Assembly: GCA_038534095.1 (NCBI GenBank) | Contig: JBCAXK010000009.1 | Coordinates: 1 to 42,616 of the forward strand | Reading direction: 5' to 3' | Source: Chlamydiota bacterium | Lineage (GTDB): Bacteria > Chlamydiota > Chlamydiia > Chlamydiales > SM23-39 | Length of the DNA stretch: 42,616 bases | In this document: positions 37,197 to 42,616 of the stretch, piece after piece | Layout: each line of letters begins with the position of its first letter | How positions within the stretch are numbered: the stretch's first letter is position 1 | Translations under genes and position numbers: made by a program | The notes under the pieces: model-generated | Told to the model about the DNA's origin: nothing | The model's input: the letters and a program-made list of their open reading frames with translations, nothing else | The model's database searches: none

Positions 37197-37652
37197 ATGT
37201 ACGATACCTTGAAAGAGATGGACTCCAAAGAACTGGAGCTTCCAGAAACTACATTCATCCGAGATATTGAAAGTAAAGTGTTCCAAGCGATCACCCTGCA
37301 ATGTCTTGCAAAAATTGAAGGGATCAGCCTCCTAGAAAATAATTTATTTGACTCTCTCTTAGGCAGGGAATTTGACCGTGTGAAAGGGATTTATGTAGAG
37401 CAGGACCAGAAAAAACATTCGGTACGTGTTCGGATTGAAATCAATATTGAGTATGGAATTCCTATTCCCAAAAAGTCCGAAGAAATTCAGTCGAAAATTG
37501 TAGAGGAGGTAAGCTCATTAACCGGCCTTCACGTCGCTTCTGTGCATGTGATTTTTAAAAGTCTAATCACCCAAAGCACAAAAGAAGCAGAGGCAAAAGA
37601 GGGGCAAGAATCGTTAGAAGAAGAGCAAGACGAATACACAGAGGAGTTTTGA
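37197..37652 (+). CDS. Asp23/Gls24 family protein (CT790-like)
   Basis: IEYGIPIPKKSEEIQSKIVEEVSSLTGLHVASVHV. Confidence 0.88.
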   Translation: MYDTLKEMDSKELELPETTFIRDIESKVFQAITLQCLAKIEGISLLENNLFDSLLGREFDRVKGIYVEQDQKKHSVRVRIEINIEYGIPIPKKSEEIQSKIVEEVSSLTGLHVASVHVIFKSLITQSTKEAEAKEGQESLEEEQDEYTEEF

Positions 37653-37655
37653 AGC

Positions 37656-38153
37656 GTGCGCTCAAGAGACACTTACGCTTCGGCGGTACATGTGTTCCTT
37701 TTTTTCTTCTTCCTTGTCGGCGGCGTAGGTTTTTTTGCGGCAAGCTTTTTCCCAACCTACCGCTACCACTGTTTCCGTCTCTTCCTCGATTATCCTTCGT
37801 ATAGTTTTGGAGGCGGAGCGCTTTTTTTTGGCTTTGGAGCCCTCGTTTTATCCCTGTTTTCTTATAAAAAAGAGCTCCGATTTTTGATGAGCCCGCATAC
37901 AGTGGATATCGACTGCAAAGTCATTCATACTTACGTAGAGCAATTTTGGAAGGAAGAATTCCCCCATGCGGTGCAAGCGTTTGATCTCTATATTTTACCC
38001 GATAATACCTTAGAAATTGCGGTCCAATTAGGATCTATGGACGCAGAAGAAAAAAAACAATTTCTCGAGAAGTCGGAATATGGACTTGGGAAAATTTTAG
38101 CCAGTTTTTTGGATTATCATCAAAAATTCTACATTACAATGCATCTTTCTTAG
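37656..38153 (+). CDS. Hypothetical membrane protein (possible Asp23 anchor, AmaP-like)
   Basis: Two N-terminal TM segments. Starts 3 nt after the Asp23-family gene. Confidence 0.65.
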   Translation: MRSRDTYASAVHVFLFFFFLVGGVGFFAASFFPTYRYHCFRLFLDYPSYSFGGGALFFGFGALVLSLFSYKKELRFLMSPHTVDIDCKVIHTYVEQFWKEEFPHAVQAFDLYILPDNTLEIAVQLGSMDAEEKKQFLEKSEYGLGKILASFLDYHQKFYITMHLS

Positions 38154-39963
38154 AAAAAAACTCGCGCAAGTTCTGTAAGTCTTTTTCTGTTATCCCCTTG
38201 ATCGTAAATAAAGAGGAATCTTCTTTATTGAGCGCTTCTTCGATTCTTGCCATCGATCCATACTGTTTGAGTAAAAGGGCCCGTTTTTTGGGGCCGATCC
38301 CAGGAATTGTTTCCAGGCGGCTTTTGATCCGACTTTTGCTCCGTTTTTTTTGATGGAAAGAAATAGCAACTCTGTGCGCTTCATCCCGAATCCTTTGCAA
38401 AAGAAACAGGACAGGGGAGTGTTTTGGTAGTAGAATCGGTTCTTCGTAGGGGCGGTGCACCTTTTCCCGGGTCATCCCTTTGGTGTGCAAAGAAGCCTCT
38501 TTGGCAAGTCCGATTACAGCGATCCCTACGATATTGTTCTCTGCAAGGGTTCTCGTCGCTACATTGAGGTGACCTTTCCCTCCATCAATGATGATTAGAT
38601 CGGGAAGATCTTCTGTCTGTTTGCAGTATCTTGTGAGCGCCTCTTTAAGGGAAGCGTAGTCATCGGGCGCCCCTTTTTGTTCTAAAGAGAAGTACCTTTG
38701 TAGCTCTTTCTCTTTTTTTCCATCGACAAAAACGACAGCTACTGCGACAGGGTTCTCTCCTTGCGTATGGGAGCTATCAAAACAGGCAATTTTTCGGGGT
38801 AAGCTCGGTAAAGAAAGAGTTTCTTGTAGTTGTAACAGCACAAGGTCTCTGTTTTCTCTCCCCGTTTGATCTTTTTTGAAAATTGCCTCAGCGTTGTCGT
38901 AAGCCATGCGGACAAGAGCTTTTTTATCCCCTTTTTGAGGGCTTGTGATCCGCACTTTTTTTCCTAAGGTCTCTGTTAAGATCTCCTCCAATAGAGACGC
39001 ATTTTCTAGCTGCTCGGGAAGAAAAATCTCTTTCGGAATCTCCTCTTTTTCATAGTGTTGTAGGAGGAACATCTCAAGAATTTCCTCTGTGTGAGACAAG
39101 ACACCTGAAAAAGGGAAGTGCTCAGAACCGATCAGTTTGTGTTCTCTAAAAAGTAGCTTTGCAACCACAGCGTGGTCAGCTTCTCTATAAAGCGCTAAAA
39201 CGTCACAGTTTTTGGCTGCGCTATTGTCCACATGTTGTTTTGATAGGATCTGTTCGATCTTTTCGATCATATCTCGAATAGAAGCCGCCTTTTCAAATAA
39301 GAGCTCCTCTGATGCGGCTTGCATCTCCCGTTTTAGGGCATCTAAAATGGTTTGGTCTTTCCCCTGGAGAAGCTTGCGCACCGAATGAACGAGATCTAGG
39401 TAGGATTCTTTACTGCATAAAGAGACGCAAGGAGCAGCGCACCGTTTGATGCCATGCAATAGGCAAGGGCGCGTTCTTCGAATGAGTTCTTGATCTGAGC
39501 ACTCTCTTAACGGAAAAATTTGGTTCATCAGATCGAGAACCTCTCTAGCTACCCGCGCATTTGTGTAGGGTCCAAAGGTGTTGCGGATATCTTTCGCTTT
39601 TTTCCGATGGCGCTCGATAGTGAGCCTAGGCCATTCATGGCGCGTTAGAACGATATTTACGTAACGTTTATCATCTTTGAGAAGCGCGTTGTATTTAGGC
39701 TGGTGTTGCTTGATGAGCGTGCTTTCGAGTAAAAGAGCGTCTCTTTCTGTAGGCACGACAATCACGTCAATGCTATCGGTATTTTTGATGAGATAGGGGA
39801 TCATCGCCCGATCATCGCCGCTTTTCATGAAGTATTGACGAATTCGCGTGCGAAGATTTTTCGCTTTGCCTACATAGAGGACCCGTTTTTTTAGGTCTTT
39901 CATGAGGTAAACGCCGCTTTTTGTGGGATAACGGCCTAAGTCTTTGGCATCAAACGAGCTCAT
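38134..39963 (-). CDS. uvrC: Excinuclease ABC subunit C
   Basis: GIY-YIG GVYLM..YVGKAKNLR, PKYNALLKDDK, PDLIIIDGGKGH, RDEAHR and HhH IPGIGPK. Confidence 0.97.
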   Translation of the reverse strand: MSSFDAKDLGRYPTKSGVYLMKDLKKRVLYVGKAKNLRTRIRQYFMKSGDDRAMIPYLIKNTDSIDVIVVPTERDALLLESTLIKQHQPKYNALLKDDKRYVNIVLTRHEWPRLTIERHRKKAKDIRNTFGPYTNARVAREVLDLMNQIFPLRECSDQELIRRTRPCLLHGIKRCAAPCVSLCSKESYLDLVHSVRKLLQGKDQTILDALKREMQAASEELLFEKAASIRDMIEKIEQILSKQHVDNSAAKNCDVLALYREADHAVVAKLLFREHKLIGSEHFPFSGVLSHTEEILEMFLLQHYEKEEIPKEIFLPEQLENASLLEEILTETLGKKVRITSPQKGDKKALVRMAYDNAEAIFKKDQTGRENRDLVLLQLQETLSLPSLPRKIACFDSSHTQGENPVAVAVVFVDGKKEKELQRYFSLEQKGAPDDYASLKEALTRYCKQTEDLPDLIIIDGGKGHLNVATRTLAENNIVGIAVIGLAKEASLHTKGMTREKVHRPYEEPILLPKHSPVLFLLQRIRDEAHRVAISFHQKKRSKSRIKSRLETIPGIGPKKRALLLKQYGSMARIEEALNKEDSSLFTIKGITEKDLQNLREFFSKKDAL

Positions 39964-40903
39964 TACACTTCTTGCATAACTATTTCAGCAAGTATTTTGC
40001 AATCAGAGCTATTTCGTCAAGTGGCCTCCGAGATTAGGAAGAGCGCAGCTGGCGCGCTTCCTTGCAAAAAACTTCTTCAAGGGTATTTTCATGGATAGAG
40101 AATTGGTTTTGCATCGATTTTACACCGTTTTTCTTATGTTTCCTAGAATGCCTTCTGAAGCCAATAGTAGTGATTCAAAATTTCGATAAGGCTCGCAAGA
40201 TAGAGCACGGAGCGCTGGAATTTGAAACGGGTGAGGGTCAAAACGGAATGGTTGTGAAATTCGCGCAAACAGTTGGCAATATCTTTGACCTTGCTTTGAA
40301 GGTTCTTAAAGATGCTTACTTAGGTATAAAATCTTCTGCTCCCTGTAATACATTAGAACCTGAAATGAAAAGTTTACGCCTAGGTTCTGGAAGGAAATGC
40401 TCATAGGGATGTAATAAACCTATTTTGAACAAAAAATTACGAACGCAAATGCTTGATTCAACATGGGTGTAATGGGAGCAAAAACGGAGTAATCCCTGCA
40501 TGCGCGCGGTTGCAAGACTCCTAAAATAGTAGTAGGAATGCAATGTAGGGAAGAAGAGCCTCCAGTGATTCTTATGCTTCTCAAACTGAGCACAATCTAT
40601 GCTCATACTGTTATAAGAGGTAGTATTTTTTTGTCTAAGGAGATTGCTTGTAGGCGATGATCTCCCAAGTGAAAAGCGAATGACTCAACATGCGCGCAGT
40701 AGTTGTGTTCATCTGATGAACAGAATAGAATAGCTGTTCCCGAAAGGTCTCTATATCGCTGAGTTGGTTTGGTAAGATAGAAAAGATTTTCTCCAAAAGA
40801 GCGTTTTTTATTTTTCTGTAAAGGTAATTTTGTTAAGATTCTTGGTTATCTATAAGCCAGTCTTAAAGCAATTTAAAATATTTATAACCTTGAAGAAACA
40901 ATT

Positions 40904-42475
40904 TTGAGTAGTTTTTTTATTACCGGAGTGGATGGTAGAAAACAACATTTTGCTACGTCTTTAGAAATGCAGGGTAGGCTCGATCATATGATTGCCACCG
41001 TCCAATTGGTCTGCAATCCGGTTTTTGCTAACTGCTTCGAAAGTTCCCTTGATCCTATAGTAAGCAGCATTTCCAGTTATCTTCCTGAATTGGAGGGTGG
41101 CCAGAATACCCAGCATTATTTGAAAAAAATTTTTGAGCATCGCGAAAGCGCTCAGATCATCCGATTTATAAAGCAAGTCAACAAAAACGACTCTAGTAAT
41201 TACGCTTTTTTTCGTGTTGCGAAATCTGTAGAAGGGATAACGGTTGTTTTTGTGAATCCTTGGGTTTGGGAAAACTTGCAAGCGAAGCATTCCCCCTCAA
41301 TTTTTCGTTTGTACGATATGGCGAAATGTTGGGGCGTTCGAAGGAATGATTGCGAAAGTAAGAAGAATGCTCCTTGGCTTTCCCGTTTATACGATATGGC
41401 GAAATATTGGGTTCTTCGAAGGAATCATGATGAAAGTAAGAAAAATCCTGAGAGTCTATGCGCGCGTATTCAAGAGAATTTTTCAAGCATTGCCTTAGAA
41501 GGTAGCCGGCAAAACAGAAAGACCTTTCTAAGCAGGGAGGGGTTTTGCGCGCCAAATAGGATAGTAACGATTGATGGAGAATTGATAGAAAAAACGGTTG
41601 ATGTAGAATCAAGGGGAGAGGCAAAAAAAGATTTTCTCCATGCGATGCTTTTTTTATGGCAAGATTTTAGCGCTCTTGGCGTGCGTGTTTCTCTATTTAA
41701 AGACCAAAATATTTGTTCGATGATCGCTTCCTACCTCTTTTTATGCGGCTCTAATCAAGAGGAAATTGCAAAAGTGAGTAATTTTATCCCACTAAGTGAA
41801 GGGCCTTGTAAAGAAGCCAAGCAGTTTCGTACCCTTGCTTTGAAAAGAGAGCAAAAAAATTCAAAGAATCATCGAATTTTTAGCATTAAATTGACAAAAC
41901 CTCCGCATAAGCGGTTCTTTTTCATACGTCAGATTTTTGCTACCTTTCCAAAAGATTTTCATAAAAAATCATTGTTTGATTTATTGATTTCTAAGGGGAA
42001 AAACCCTCTCACGCCTTCAAAAGAGATCTTCAAATGCATCTCGAAAATCGTATCTCCAACCGCAATGACCCACTTTTTTGGAGAAAAAGCATTGACCTTG
42101 GCTAATAAAGACTTGTATTTTCTACCGCCGCAGATTAGGAGCCTTTCATCTTTTTTAAGGACTCTTTGCCTAAATGGTAATCACTTGCAAAAGCTTCCCG
42201 TTGAAATTGGCTACTTGCCCTTTCTTGCAATGCTTTCTGTTGACGATAATGCCTTAACATCTTTCCCTAGTACGATTGGTAGATTAAGGAGTTTGCGAGT
42301 GCTGAGCGCAAGGAACAATCGAATCGCGGGCCTCCCAGATACAATCCTAAATTTAACTAAATTGGAATATTTGTGCTTAGCGAATAATCGACTAAAATCT
42401 GTTCCTGAAGGATTGCTAGTCATACCAAACCAAGTTCCAGATTTAAGAGGGAATTCGATTGAATCCTATACGTAG
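40904..42475 (+). CDS. Leucine-rich repeat protein (candidate secreted effector)
   Basis: About five 23-aa LRRs at the C-terminus, e.g. LRTLCLNGNHLQKLPVEIGYLPF. Unrecognised N-terminal ~390 aa. TTG start uncertain. Confidence 0.85.
   Translation: MSSFFITGVDGRKQHFATSLEMQGRLDHMIATVQLVCNPVFANCFESSLDPIVSSISSYLPELEGGQNTQHYLKKIFEHRESAQIIRFIKQVNKNDSSNYAFFRVAKSVEGITVVFVNPWVWENLQAKHSPSIFRLYDMAKCWGVRRNDCESKKNAPWLSRLYDMAKYWVLRRNHDESKKNPESLCARIQENFSSIALEGSRQNRKTFLSREGFCAPNRIVTIDGELIEKTVDVESRGEAKKDFLHAMLFLWQDFSALGVRVSLFKDQNICSMIASYLFLCGSNQEEIAKVSNFIPLSEGPCKEAKQFRTLALKREQKNSKNHRIFSIKLTKPPHKRFFFIRQIFATFPKDFHKKSLFDLLISKGKNPLTPSKEIFKCISKIVSPTAMTHFFGEKALTLANKDLYFLPPQIRSLSSFLRTLCLNGNHLQKLPVEIGYLPFLAMLSVDDNALTSFPSTIGRLRSLRVLSARNNRIAGLPDTILNLTKLEYLCLANNRLKSVPEGLLVIPNQVPDLRGNSIESYT
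41306..41446 (+). repeat. In-frame tandem duplication, 78-bp period, two copies
   Basis: Units start at 41306 and 41384; 53 of 63 aligned nt are identical by hand count. RLYDMAKCWGVRRNDCESKKN versus RLYDMAKYWVLRRNHDESKKN. Confidence 0.92.
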
Positions 42476-42535
42476 GAACTAGCGTGATACTAGGTGTTTG
42501 GTCCCAGAGTGTGGTGGTATGGATTAATCTTAAAT

Positions 42536-42616
42536 TTTTCAGGCTGTTTTGTCCAGAATTGAATTATTGACTCAATATGAGTCAATAATTCAATTCTGGA
42601 CAAAACAGCCTGAAAA
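42536..42616. repeat. Perfect inverted repeat (39-bp arms, 3-nt spacer) at the window end
   Basis: TTTTCAGGCTGTTTTGTCCAGAATTGAATTATTGACTCA-ATA-TGAGTCAATAATTCAATTCTGGACAAAACAGCCTGAAAA, no mismatches. Confidence 0.97.

Noticed and set aside
40062..40406. 114-aa plus-strand ORF
   Set aside because: TTG start, no RBS and no recognisable motif; cannot be supported as a gene.
41306..41446. Repeat as a CRISPR array or diversity-generating retroelement template
   Set aside because: Two in-frame copies with no spacers, mismatches are not adenine-specific, and no cas or reverse transcriptase gene is present.
151..42423. Numerous short antisense or nested ORFs in the track
   Set aside because: They are shadows of well-supported genes on another strand or frame and have no motifs of their own.

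Overview
Chromosomal segment of an environmental (non-Chlamydiaceae) member of the phylum Chlamydiota. The assignment rests on chlamydial marker genes and gene order recalled from C. trachomatis: stand-alone SWIB protein next to ispD-truA-HAD; prfB-GNAT-yebC; ptr-plsB-rng; rpmF-plsX; pcnB-lpxB; tyrP; rnpA-rpmH / rpmJ-rpsN-GYF_2-Asp23-uvrC; plus plant-type UGP3 and glycerol-3-phosphate acyltransferase. Most of the window is housekeeping. Three small ribosomal protein genes (rpmF, rpmH, rpmJ) and the 5' segment of the +1-frameshifted prfB are absent from the ORF track and were read by hand. Accessory genes sit between the conserved blocks: a trxB fragment, MepB, a twice-frameshifted Bcr/CflA MFS gene, a TVP38 + CDP-alcohol phosphotransferase pair, a GH63 glucosidase and several orphan effector-like genes. 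The orphans are a Cys-rich tail-anchored protein, an Inc-like protein, a coiled-coil protein, a tandem paralog pair and an LRR protein with an internal 78-bp duplication. The window ends exactly on a perfect 39-bp-arm palindrome. I found no rRNA, tRNA, CRISPR array or intact mobile element. No unambiguous novel system is demonstrated; the best candidates are the terminal palindrome, the prfB-GNAT-GNAT-SprT-yebC operon and the orphan effector-like genes. All family calls come from motif recognition, not database searches.
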